From Octopus vulgaris (Eukaryota): DNA of 64,000 bases. Positions 40,405-53,653 of the stretch are shown here, one piece after another. The stretch spans positions 54,312,001 through 54,376,000 of the forward strand of contig OX597819.1 in assembly GCA_951406725.2 (NCBI GenBank), read 5' to 3'. Position 1 is the stretch's first letter, and each line of letters starts with the position of its first letter. The position numbers and the translations under genes are program-made. The notes under the pieces are model-generated. The model worked only from the letters and a program-made list of their open reading frames with translations. It made no database searches and had not been told where the DNA came from.

Positions 40405-41994
40405 CAGTAGCAGCCATAAAATAAGGGCCAGTAAGAACAAGTTTATTGAAATAGTTATTATAGAGAATTAACAAAACGTTGAGACTAGATATTTTACACA
40501 TATTTAGATATATCTAATATCTATCTTTCATGAAAATTTCAAGTGAATGGAATAAATATTTCGTAAGTTATGAGGAAATAAACAATCTTCCAAATTGCAG
40601 TGGCCAAAAGTTAAGGGTCACTTAGAAGGAATGAACTACTAACCGAGGTGTTTGTTGTTTAGAAGACTGTTAATGGGCAAGCAGTTACTTCTTATGATCT
40701 TACATTATTGGAACATTCAGCTGTCAACATGGCAGCTTGTGAGAGACAACCAGTGTCCTGTGATAGGAAACAAAGGATTGTGTGCCTTCACCAAGAGGAC
40801 AAGTCAAATTCTGTGATTGCAATTACTGTAGGAAGGTCTACAATGAATTGTAGTTCATTTCAAGTCATCAGACTCGACAGACACTAAACCCCAAACCGAT
40901 AGACGTAAAACAGAATCATATTATGGTTAGAATGTCACAAGGGATAGGTTTAAGAATGTTGCTGAGATATCCCGTGAGTTTAGCTCCACTTCTGACGTCA
41001 ATGTATCAAGCAAAACAGTTTCTCAGGGATTACAAGGTACTAGGTTGCTTGCTCAGGCACCGGCAAAGAAACCTCTGATCTCCAAGAAGAATCAAAGAGC
41101 CTGTCTTCGTTTTGCTCATGAGCATGTCATTTGGACAGAAGAACAGTGGTCACAGATTTATTTTAGCAATGAATCAAAGTTCAGTGTGATTGGTTCTGAT
41201 GGCAGGATGTATGTCTGGCGAAGAAGTGGCAAAAAGTTATCTCGTGCATGTTTGAAGAAGACTGTGGAACATGGAGGAGGCAGTGTAATGGTATGGGGAG
41301 TGTTCTCTGCTGCTGGTCGATTTATTCCCCTACAAGGGACTGTCAATGCTGAAATCTGCAAACAGATTCTCAGACAGCATGCCCATCTATATCTCTGACC
41401 CTCGTCAGTTCAACCTCCTATCTTCATGCAGGACAATGCTCCCTGTCACACTGCGAAAAGAGTCGAAGATTGTTTGAGTGATGAAGGGGTTGATCTCATG
41501 GGCTGGCCACCTCAAAGTCTCGATCTCAACCCTAAAGAAAACGTTTGGAAGATTATTGGCGATGAGGCACAAAGGAGAAATCCAGAGAACCAAGATGAAC
41601 TCTTGGAATTATTGAAAAACGAATGGAACAATATTACTTCATCATTTTGCAAGAAATTAATTCAGTCCTGTGGTAACAGATGTCAGAAGGTCATTGATAG
41701 TAAAGGGATGGTCAGAAAATATTAGTAGTAAGGGTTTTTCTTTTTTGTTCTTGTTCCATTTTTCATGGTTTTTCTAAGTGACCCTTAACGTTTTGTTGTT
41801 GCACTTTGGAAGATTATTTATTTCCTCATAACTTACAAAATATTTATTCCATTCAATTGAAATTTTCATGAAAGATAGATATTAGATATATCTAAATATG
41901 TGTAAAATATCTAGTCTGAACGTTTTGTTAATCTTCTATAATAAATATTTCAATACACTTGTTCTTACTGGTCCTTATATTATGGCCGCTACTG
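40405..41994 (+). mobile_element. Tc1-family transposon (1.59 kb) with ~223-bp IR/DR-type TIRs
   Basis: TIRs at 40405-40627 and 41772-41994 begin cagtag, with TA on the right flank. Each TIR contains outer and inner direct repeats. Confidence 0.95.
40729..41725 (+). pseudogene. Tc1 DD34E transposase pseudogene
   Basis: Motifs KKPLISKKN, FSNESKF (first catalytic Asp changed to Asn), HGGGSVMVWG, QDNAPCH and DLNPKENVW, broken by frameshifts and stops. Confidence 0.92.
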
Positions 41995-41996
41995 TA

Positions 41997-42200
41997 TATA
42001 CGAGGTGCGTGATTGAAAAGTTCCTGGCTTTAAGGGTATTGCAAAAGACCTGGTTGAAGGCCTAACCTTCCAAGTTCTTTTACAGGGCTTAGGAAAACTG
42101 AAAGACTGCTGCAATAAGTGTGTGAATCTGAGAGGCGAATGTGTTGAATAAAATAATTAACTGATTTTCCTGTATTTTATTTTACCCAAAGCCAGGAATT
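41997..42200 (+). mobile_element. Short non-autonomous mariner derivative
   Basis: Starts tatacgagg, with inverted aagttcctggcttt / aaagccaggaattt. Internal GLGKLKDCCNKCVNLRGECVE* resembles a mariner transposase C-terminus. Confidence 0.7.
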
Positions 42201-45200
42201 TAAAAATTTAAAAATTGTATGTAATTGTGCATAAAATCCTTAGCTACTAGAGATGAAAATGTTATGTATGACTCTATTCAGTGTAAAATGTTAACTTGTG
42301 AGTAAGAAATGAGTTGAGAAACTAACATAACTTTTTTTAGATAGAAATCAATTATTTTTCAGTTAGATGCAATTAATTATTTTTCATTTAGTTGCCCATC
42401 CCACTTCAAAATTGAACTTTGAAGTAGAAGTGATACTGCTGTCAGCCAGAAATTATGAGACAGTTATAGTTACTTCCCAGTAATTCAGTGCAGTGTTTAT
42501 GTTAAGGTGTGAAGTATGATCATATGATCTCTAGTTCAGCACCTTAACATCATAGATGTTTAATTTATAGATTTAATTAATTGACTTTTACACAGCAATA
42601 ATTACTAATTGTCATATAACCAAGCCAGTCTGTTCCAACATGGATTTTAAAATGTCTCTGTTCCTCATGCAAATAGTATTTAGAGTAGATTGTTTGACTT
42701 CAGAGTGTAAGATCAATATTGCAAGTTTCTTTTATCTCTTCCACCACATCATCAACCATCCATCTTCTATGCTTGTATGGGTAGAATGGTTTGACAGGAT
42801 TCACTGGGTTAGAGGATCGCATCTTGCTCCAATGTCTCAGTTTTAGCATAATACTAACTATTTTACAGAGTGTACTAACTCTGTTTTTCATGGCACCAGC
42901 ACTATAGAGGTGGAATTGCTGTTAGCAAGACAAATGAACACTCTCAAGCCTTGCCTTGTCGCAGCTTGAATCAATTACCAATCCTTTACAGTGTGTAATG
43001 GGTGATTTTTGTGGCACCATCAATGTTGAGGGTCAGCTTGCAGTGTGAAAGAGCCTCTGTACTGGATTGAACAGATTTATTATGAGAGGATGGTGATGGA
43101 GAGAATAACAAAGAGAACAGTGTTGGAGTGGGTATAATAGAAACAGACGAAAGGGGAAGGGGTTAGTAATGTCAGGTATTAGTATGAGGAGGTAATAATG
43201 GAGTGGGTTGAGTAGGTGAAACCAGTGATGGAGTGGTTCAGTCCTTCTGTTATGCCAGCATAGGTTATGCTGTTCATCAGGATCTAAGACAGATTGCATT
43301 GGAATTACACAGGTTTATTGTTGAGAGAATGGTAGGGGAGCAACTAACAAAGACTGATAGAGAAGGAAAGTGAAAATTAGTGTTTGTGGGTTAGTGTGTG
43401 TGTGAGAAAGAGATAGGGGGTAGAATATGGGGGAGTAATGCAGTGCATCCCGAGTTATACATGTGGGTATAGTGATGTGATAAGATGGCCCAGTAGTAAT
43501 AGGAAGGAGAAAAGAAAAAGCAGTGTCAGGAGATTAGTGAAAGAGAGAATGATAAGGGTAGCAGGAAGGGAGGAAGAGATGCAGTGATATGTTATATGGA
43601 TGGGTAGAGTGGTGTGTGGAGGAGAGATAAGATGATGATGATGATGATAAGGGGTCAGAGCATGTCCTCAAGGTAATATGTCAAAAGTGTGTGATGACAG
43701 GAGAATCAGAGGGGATGGGGAGGGGTTGTCAGAGCACAACCCCTTCCCTCTTAAGCATTGTGATTTGACAGGAAAGAGGAAGGAGAGGTATTTGGATACA
43801 AGTGGTAGAGATATGAGAAAGGAGAGGAAGGATACAGATGGTGGACATATTAATACATAAAATAAATATCAGTAATGTACTGAGGCTGAGTCAGAGTACC
43901 TTTCTTCTCACTCTAGTGCCTAAGGAATTATTATTCCTATTTTTAATGTCCTACAAACATTCCTTTAGAATTTATGGTTTTATTTTACACACACACACAT
44001 ACACATTTTTAGTGTAGATGTACTTTTTACCAACTATCTGGAATCTAGTTTTGATTCTCAATAGTATCTATTTCAGTTATATTGCTAATGTTGGGGTTCC
44101 AGTGAATTTTCCACTCTTATTTCCCCTTGCTTTACATCAGTCACCTTGTCTACATGAAGATGAAGAAACCACTCCACTGTTCTCTTTCTGAAACACTACA
44201 GCACTCATTTCTAACTATATTTGGATATATAACAAATAGTCGACTTACCTGGATGGGAATCTACTTGATTACTGCAAAAACAAGTTGCTCATGACTAAGA
44301 ATTGCTTACTATTTGATTCCTAATGTTTGTCATCTTCATTAAAACAAATTTCTGTTTTTCCTTGTAGGAAAGCCAACATATTTAGGCAAATATCTGAAAG
44401 TTCTTTAAAGCACCAATTTCAGACAGTAAAAGGTATGAGAGACCCACTAATATCAGTGAGATGGTTTCTCTTTTTCTGTCTCAAATTATGTACATTAAAA
44501 TCTTAGATCTTAGTTTATAACCTAAAGTTTTTATTCATTATTGGTCTGTGTTTCTTTTGTTATTTCCCTTTGAAATAAGGAAATATATTATTTTTCTTTA
44601 TTATTCCATTTTCATCAGCAGTTTAATTAAATTGAGATACTGTATAATATTTTCTTGGCTCTTTAAAATCTTGTTTTTAGTTTTGTTTTACCAAAATATA
44701 AAAAAATTAGTCATCATAAATGTATTCTTGGAGGAGTTCATCACATGAAATGATATGTTGTGCAACTATTACTTCTATAAAAATTTTAGATTTTCAGAAC
44801 TTTCCAAACCTTGTAATTATCTTCTATTTCTATCACTTGGATCTTTTGATTATTGTCGCTTCCTAAAATACTTCTCAAATCAAATCAATAGAACAACACT
44901 CCTCTAATTCAGAAGCAAAAAATTCATTTTAGTACATTGTTTAATTTACAATTTTCTTTTTGGTACTGATATTCACAGAACAAGTCGTACTCTTCATGAT
45001 TAAATCATTCAAAGGATGTATTTTATATTAGTACAGCTCTTTCTATTTACCAACTTTTAAAAGAATAATTACTGCATCATTAACCTTTCAAATTTTTCAG
45101 TCGTCCATCCATTCTAGTTTTATTTCCTTTTTTAGACAGTCACATAATGTATTTGCATACACACATAAGGCACGCATATGCTCCTCTTAATTTTTAGTGA

Positions 45201-45723
45201 TTACACCATATAGAACAAGTTATTCATTGAAAAACATCTTTCTTAGTATGAAGTTTTGGTCTTCTTCAAATAGTAACAAACCTACTTATTAAGTTAGTGT
45301 TTCCATGTTATAATTTTATTGTAGCTTTCAGTGGGATAAAGTCCCAAACTCTCTTTATATACATGTTTAATTAGTGTGTGAATTAAACAAAAAGTGAAAA
45401 TTACTCAAAATTATTCGGAAAATATTTTTGGAAAAAAAAAAAAAATGTTATGGCATAAAAATCTATTTAAATCTTAGCAAGAAAGGAAATTTGTTCTAAT
45501 CTTTGTTTTTGTGCATGTTGTTGTCTTATGAAATCTCACAAATAATGCACTTTATTACTATAATTGGTGATAATATATTGTCAAAGCATCATACAGTTGA
45601 ACTTGTTTTGGCTTCTTGTCAACAAATATATCACTCGTATGCTGTAGATCTCTTCATTTCATTTAGTCTACACCTTGTGTTGTGTCTTTGACTTGATTCC
45701 TTTTGTTTTTTTGTTTTCTACAG

Positions 45724-45759
45724 ACTTTGGGCACTCTTCATTTTGGTAAACGATATCAG
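45724..45759 (+). CDS. APBA: 36-nt cassette exon TLGTLHFGKRYQ
   Basis: Long T-rich tract ending ttctacAG, 36 nt open frame, donor CAG|GTACCA. Phase 0/0. TGCATG (Rbfox motif) at 45853-45858. Confidence 0.7.
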
Positions 45760-46083
45760 GTACCACATCACTGTTAAAAATGCAGTTTGTAGCATATTGT
45801 AAATCTGGTGACCTTGCACTGTAGTCTATGTTGTCAGTATTTTTATTGTTGATGCATGACCTTGCACGTTACTTTTCACACTGTTGCTGATTGAACACAT
45901 TAAAATGCTGTCTTTTAACTGTTTCATCTTGAATTCCCAAGCTTCTAAAACTTGACCTCTTTCAGACATTTTTCTCTTTATGTTGTGTACTTGCTTTAAT
46001 CCATTTCTGTTTCTTTATATTGAGTAGAATGTTTATGGAATTACAACAAGTATATTTTTGTTATATAGGAGCATACACATGCA

Positions 46084-46130
<47 letters not shown>

Positions 46131-49100
46131 ATATATGGGTGGATGGTATGCACATTTTTGTGTACTGTAGAATTATTTGAAACTTTTCTTTGTAAATTTC
46201 AGTTTAATATTTACCATATCACTTCCAGTATTTTTACAGAGGAAAATTGATATTACTTTCCAGTAAGTGTTTGATATGATGGCCATGTAAGGCCGCCTTG
46301 CTTATGTGCTACAAGAAACAGTTAGGGACAAGTAGCTATCCCAATAATTGTTGACTAGCTTTGGCTAAGAAGACAGAAAAGCTTCTGTTGAACCTCTCTC
46401 CACATTCTCGTCATAATTGTGAACTAATTTCAAGAAATGATTTCTTTTAGGACTTTCAATTTTTGTTGGGAGAAAGATTTAAAGTTGATATTTTTATTTT
46501 ACTAGAACATCAAATATTTAGTAATTTATTTTGAACCACCCCTTCAGTTGAGTTCTTCATGGTATTTTTTTTTTATTCATTGAAATACCTTTTGCAATGT
46601 ATATTAGTAGTGGGGTTTTATTTTTCATTTTTGTTATTGTATTTAGGTTAGTTGCAATAAATCCTATCAGAATAGATTCAAATCTTAAAATAATCAAATA
46701 ATATAATAAGTTTTTTTAAAAAATAGTTTCCTTTCCATTAAAATCTGAAATCTCACAATTTACATAAGCCCCTCATAATTTTACCACATAGTTTAAAAAC
46801 ATCATCATTTTAGTTAATCATTAGTTTATCTTCTAATTGTACTGCTGCTTTCTACTACTATAAAAAAAAAGCTTTCTTTCTCCATGTTTAGTATTATTTC
46901 TAAAGAGAATTTCCTACATGAGGATACTATTTCTTTTCTTTATTCTTTTATTTAAAATTAATTGAATGCCAGTTCAAAAGACTTATACAATAGAAAATTT
47001 AAAGCAAGTATCCCACTGGATACTCAAATTTTAAACTTCTGAATCTATAAGTTTTTTGTTTTATGTTTGAGTTTTTATCCATTTAATTTTAAAGTATCAA
47101 ACATTTTTCATTTAGTATTGGACTAGTTCTCAGCAAATATAAATTTAATGATAAATTTTTTTTTCCAGTAAATGTATGTTTATTTTGTTTATTATTTGTC
47201 CAAATTTATTTGATTTCTTTTATAAATATAATTACAGATTGTTTTTCCAAAACAAAAATTTTAAAGGTATTTTTCATTATGTTTTAATGCATATTGAAGG
47301 ATTGTTTTAAACAAATTTATCAAGATTTTCTAGTTGCAAAAGGCTACTTATGTGTGTGGTTGTACCACTAAATGAAACTTGTTGCAGAGAATACATTTTT
47401 GTTTTAGGCTGTTAGATTCTACTCAGTACACAGAAACAACTATTTTCAGTAATTTCATCCTCTTAATTAGGAAAAAATTGAACTACAGCGTTTTCTAGAA
47501 CTGCAAATCAATAAAAGGGGAAAAAAAAAATATATAACTGGCTGTTTGCTCCATCTGGTCTGTCTTCTCTCTCTTCACACTAGCCAACTTACTTTCAGCT
47601 TTCTTCCTTCATCCATTCTCTCTTATCTATACTTTTCTTGCCTTTACTTTGCTTTTTCTTAGCTTTTCTTTGTTTTGCACCCAGACTAGTGAAACTATGC
47701 TGAAAATCTATTGTTTTTAATCTAGATCTTTCTTTTTAAAACAAAGATTGAAATTTATGTTGTGAGGAGAGAAGATACCTAATATTTAGGAGTAAAGGCC
47801 TGCATTTATGCTAATGATTACATTCTTTCATTTCTTTAGCTATTTAATTCTTATGTTGTTTTGAATCAATGTCATCTTAAAGCAATAAATTTCATGCTTT
47901 ATCCATTTACAAATATTTTGATATGTTACTTGGTATTGATTTTGACATAATTGTATAACAACATGACAATTGAAAATCTCCATACAGCTCAGGTGAAGAA
48001 AGTATATACAATAAAAATTAGAGATAAATTAGATTAGGATTACAAATATCCTATATTGAGAGTAGAAATTTCTAAACTAAAGCATGTGGAATTAAAAATT
48101 TGATTTCAATCCAACATTGAATTATAACTTCAATTTCTTTTTTGCTTAAATACTAGTTTTGAAAATGCATTAGATATGCATTGAGCATATAGAAATTATT
48201 ATTGCTAATTTATGTTTTTCTCAGATAAAGCCTTATTTGTATTTATTTTAATTTGAAATAAGTTGATATAATTATAGTTTCCTGTGGAATCTAGAATAAT
48301 TAAACAGTTGATTTCATACTTTTTGGTTTCATCCTCAATAAGATTGTTAAGTGATTTATCCTCAGGGCATTTTCTGTTGGCAAATAGCACACATCTTCCC
48401 TTTATGAGTAAAGATCTCTAAATTGAAAACATTTTGATTTAAATCTAAAATATATTTAAAATATCTTTTCTTTGATTTGAGCAATTGTTACTTTCAAATA
48501 AAATAATTTGTTCCATATTGAAAGTGAAAGAAATAATTTTCCCAGTTTTGGAAACAAATTTGAACACCTTCATTCTGATTTTAAAATCTATGTAGTAAGA
48601 TTTTAACAAATGTGTAAGTTTTATTGAACTTCATTGATATATCGTATAAAATTCCTGATCCACATGTTAGGAAAATGTATTCAGACATTCTGAAAGATTA
48701 TACTGTAAAAGCAATTTTATGTCAAATTCACTGCTAATTGATTTTTGGAGCTGTAATAAAACTTTAAGGTTAAATTATGTAGATTTACAAACATGAGTTA
48801 TATATCTACATAATTTGATAAAAAAAAAAAAAGAGAGAGATCTAATATGATGGAATATAGTCATGTCATTTCAGCAGCAATTTAGTCATCAAAAAAAAAA
48901 TGTTATAAAGTAATTATATATTTGTAGGAATTTGCTTGCATGAAGTAAAGATGCTTTTAAAGCAAATAGCTTTTATTGAGATATCTTAAATCACAGTACA
49001 GTTTAGTTATTTATGAAATAGATATTTATCCCATAAATTATGCATTGCTTAAAATGTAGCTCTAATTTTCAAAGGCTGCAATAACTTTTTACTGACAAGA

Positions 49101-49700
49101 TTAAGTATTTTTCTCACTTTTATACATTTTCATTGACACTGAAGCATGCAGCTTGCAAACCTAAACCCTTAAGTAAATCACAACTTAAAAATGTATCATA
49201 ACCAACAATTTTTAATAACACTTCTTTAAAGTTTGCAGTTTTTTAAGCTCCCTATCATTTAGGTATACCATTCATTAGTTTCTTGTTTTACTCACCTTTT
49301 CAGTTTACAAATGGGTAACCTTTTGTCATTATCCATTGCATTACATTGTTACACTCTACATGGCAGTGACATTAATAAGAGCAGAAAAAGACTTGATGTC
49401 TTATGACATTTTGTTTATTGCCTTATAATTCTATTTAATTACTGCTCAGATTGTTTTTAGCTTTGATCATTTTGTCATTGATAGTTCTGGTTTGTACTAT
49501 GGTATTGATTCCACTGATTATATATCCACTATTTTACAAAAAAGAAAAAAGTATAGAATGATAGCTTTTGTTTACTATAGCCTTCCTACTACTGTAAAAT
49601 GGAAGTGTTGCCAGCCAGGTAGACCAAGATAAATAGTAATGTATCATACCTAAGAACACAACATAATAGCTGTAGCACACTGTAGCTCTGCCTCAATCAT

Positions 49701-50345
49701 TTAACCCCTTAGCATTTAAACTGGCCATACCTAGCCCAAATAGTCTACCAGTTTTATGTTCAAACTAGCAGCATAGCCCGGCGTTGCCTGGGTATATTAG
49801 AGCCCCTAGTAGGCAACGACTAATCCCAATCTAGTCCTTTCCCTCTAGGGAACGAAGGCGCATGTGTAGGTTACAATGTCTTCTCTTCACTCCAATACTT
49901 CTGTGTATACGAGGTTCCTTGCTGTCCCTTTGGGCGATAAAAAGGTCGAGTTGTGTCCCCTAGACAGAAAATGTGTTGCATAGAAAAAAAGCTTAGATTC
50001 TCGACCCCATGTCGAATTTATCGATTTTTTTCAGAACTGGAGGAACTTTTCAAAATTTTCACTGTTAGTTTTGAATTATGACATTGGGCTATGTGTGTGT
50101 CAAGTTTCATCAGAATCGGTTGAAAGCCGTGGTCAGGGTGAGGGTACAACCTGACAGACACACAGACACACAAACTGCCGTTTATATATAGAGAGATTAA
50201 CCTGACCCAACCTAGTACACCTATCCTAATGTCATTCTAAAAATAAAATGTCACATCATCAAAATTTCAAAGCTATGAAATAATGCAACAATGTGAATAA
50301 ATAAGCATTTCATTTGAAGGAATAATCAGAATGCTAGAGGATTAA
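49701..50345. mobile_element. piggyBac-type MITE hosting a nested Helitron
   Basis: TTAA | ccccttagcatt ... aatgctagagga | TTAA. Confidence 0.7.
49765..50196 (-). mobile_element. Non-autonomous Helitron (Lep1-like architecture)
   Basis: Minus strand starts TC(tctctatatata) and ends with a GC hairpin cccaggcaacgccggg then CTAG. Inserted between A and T, and CpG-rich relative to flanks. Confidence 0.85.
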
Positions 50346-52911
50346 TTGAATTTTCATATTCTGGCATTTATAATAATTTTTTCCTGTCTAGGTGAAATTA
50401 TTTTTAACCACTGAGTAATAGGGAATTCAGTTAAACAAATAGAAGCTATTTTATAACATTGTAAATTAATTAAAATAATGCAGTAGTATATATTTTTCAA
50501 ACATTTCAAGATATGTTTACTCTTCGACTGAACCATAAGTTTACAACTTAGTAATATTATTTTGAGATACTTCTTACTTTTTGTTTAATTTCTGTCTTGT
50601 TTTACTTATGCTCATTTGTTTTTCAAAATACAGATATCTGACCATATAAAAATGAAAAAAACGAAAAAAAGATTTTGCTACTATTATATTCCATGTGTAT
50701 TTCATTATACCTAATCAGTTTTTATTTGTTTGTCCTCACCGCCTTCTTCATTTTTGTTTTTCTGATCATCCTAGTTTCCCTTCATTTTTGTATTATTTGC
50801 TATTGATTTAGCCAACAGTGTTTTAGACATAAGATCAAGTTCACTCTGCCAAGATGTCATAATGGCACTTTGATTTGCTACTTATTGCTAGATTTTGAAA
50901 AGTTAAAACACTGGCCCAAAATAGTTTCATCACATTGAGAAAATATAAATAAAAACAAATTAGATAATCTAAAATAAGATAAACCAGAATTTCCTTGGAT
51001 TAAGCTATATGTTTTAGAAATACTATAATTGGAAAACAGTTTGAATAAACTGGATTAATATATCATTCTATATGAAATGTTTTGCAATAATTTATTTATT
51101 TTAATTCTAACAAATGCTGTTTGAACCTCAGGATTCTTTAACTATATCCTTTGTAAATTAGTAGTATAGGTAAAATACTACTATCTATCTATCACATTTT
51201 TTTCTAATCTTGTGTATTGATTTGACTTGTGCTTTCAGAATTCTATAAGTTTAACTGGGCAATGGGGGAGTACCACAACAATCTGAAGCTTTCCATTATA
51301 TATATATATATATATATTTAGTTGATGTTGTTTAGAACATATAACTATAATGTTCTAGATTTTAATGACAAAAAAATATGTGCAATCACATTCACACTCT
51401 AACTTACATTGTGTGTGTAGGGGGTGTATATTAAAGTACACACATAGATTTGTATGCGCCTGTGTGTTAATAAATGTGCACATATAAATATACAGCAGTT
51501 ATTTGAAGTTGCTTGTTTGGGTTAGGAATATGTATGTGTAATCTTATAGTTATTTAAATGAATTATATACACACATATACACCTGTGTATGTGTATATAT
51601 ATATAAGATAAACTATTGCATTAGTTTTTCTCTTAAATATAAAGGAATAATTTTCCATTATCCACAGATAGATAAAAGTGTTCCAGTCATGATCAATCTG
51701 TTTTTGTTTTGTATTTCTCTTTATTTAAAATAGCAGGGTGTGTTTTGAGGGAGCTTTGGCTGTTATTTCCACATTGTCAATGTATCCTTCTTACTTCAAA
51801 ATAGTTGTATGTGATTTGAGGGAGATTTAGCATACTCCTAGCAGGCTGAGTGACCACATAAAAATCTCTCTCAGTGGCTCTGGACCTTGAGGTAGATTAT
51901 ACAAGCAACCTTATAAGCAAAGTGAATATTTTTCTACAAGAATTTCAAGTAACTGACATATTTGTCATCTTTTAATCTTATCTTGGGAATTAATTCTCAT
52001 CTTAAATTGGACTATTCCATTATATTTTGAATATTCTAACCCCTCAACTGCCATTCTACCTTTCAAAAGAATCTTCTGAACAATGTCTATACCTTCACTC
52101 CTTGAACAGTTGAAGAGTTCACTCTGCAATTGTGAATTTCTAGATTGAACCACATTGAGTGACATGTTGGGTCAAGTGTCTTCTACCATAGCCTTGGCCA
52201 AAATTGGGTTGAGAAAAATTATGTTGAAATCCATTGGATGCAACTGTACCTATATATTAAAGAGCCAGCTGACTCTTAAATTAAAGAGTCATGCTGACAA
52301 TTATGTATAGGGTACAAATGAAGTTGATTGCAAATGTTTTATCACTCATGCTGTTAGAAATGCTGTGAACCAATATTTGGTTGTTGTCAGCTTGTAACCA
52401 ACAATGCAATTGTTCACCAATTAAGTTAGGAAAAAATAAGAAAAAAATGTACATGTTCTACTTTAGCATGAAAGACAAGATAAAATTATTGTATCCTTTT
52501 CTATCTATCAGAATCTCAAAGTTTTGAATATGCTTAAAAATTCTGGAATAGTAACTGTTAAAAGAAAAAATGTCAAAGGCAAACATAAAGAACAAAACTG
52601 ATGTTGTGTTAATTGATGTGTTCTTCCATCATAACAGAAATCCATTTTACCATACCTTTACACCCAATTCAACTCCTTTTGCCTTATTTTTAGTGGTGGT
52701 GTTGGAGAGTGTTACTTTATTTAATACAACAAAGTTAAGGTCTGTAAATATTGACCTCTGAAAAGAAATCACTTGTGTGAGCATTAGAACTATTTAGATG
52801 AGACATTCTTAGCTGGAACCTACAAAGGCTTGCTCATTATATCCATGTACCCTCTTTGCTTGACTGTCAAAAGGGAAAAAAAGCTTAAGACAGTGAAAGG
52901 TATAAAAGTGT

Positions 52912-53250
52912 AGGCGTGGCTGTGTGGTCAAGAAGCCTGCTTTGCAACCACTTGGGCAAGTGCCCTCTACTATTGCTTCAGCCAGCTAATACCTTGTATG
53001 TGAATTTAGTAGATGGAAATTGTGTGGAAGCTTGTTGTGTGTGTGTATGTATATATATATGTGTGTGTGTCTTTGTGTTTGTTACCACCACTTGACAACC
53101 AGTATCAGTTGGCTTATGTTCTTGTAACTTAACAGTTCAGCAAGAGAAGTACCAGACTTAAAAATAAGTACTGGGGTTGATCTATTTGGCTAAAACCCTT
53201 CATGGTGGTGCCCTAGCATGTCCAATGGCTGAAACAAATGAAAGATAAAA
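52912..53250 (+). mobile_element. tRNA-derived SINE composite
   Basis: Head ggcgtggctgtgtggtcaagaagc, an internal (TG)n tract, and 3' core aataagtactggggttgat...ggctgaaacaaatgaaagataaaaga. Confidence 0.65.
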
Positions 53251-53460
53251 GAAGGGTTTTATATTATTTATAGAAAATAATGAGGAATTAAGCCCGACAC
53301 CAGCAACCTTTAGTTCTTATACTCTCAGTTAACTGATTTAAACAGTAACTCTTAACATCTTGTTGAAAATTAAGTCAAAGGCCTAGTTCTGTAATCATTC
53401 TCTTAACAGAACAGCAGTGAATGATAGAGGAATAGATAAGAGTTTTCTGTTGCATTAGAA

Positions 53461-53653
53461 CAGTGGTTCCAAACCTTTTCACAGTGGTTCCCAACTCTTT
53501 TATTTTAATGAGTTTTCCCATGGACTCCTTTTAATATGCTTATCCTTATATATATATATATATATATATGAAATTTTGAATTTAGTTCACAGACCCCCAG
53601 TACTACCTTTGTGGGCCAACAGGGGTCTGCAGGCTCCAGGTTGGGAACTACTG
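53461..53653. mobile_element. hAT (Charlie-like) MITE with duplicated left end
   Basis: cagtggttcc(c/a)aac occurs twice at the left end and ggttgggaactactg at the right. The 8-bp flanks cattagaa/ctttagag match at 6/8. Confidence 0.7.

Noticed and set aside
44240-44285. Minus-strand CAG|GTAAGT donor with a nearby acceptor (antisense microexon)
   Set aside because: Isolated signal; I found no other antisense exons or ORF.
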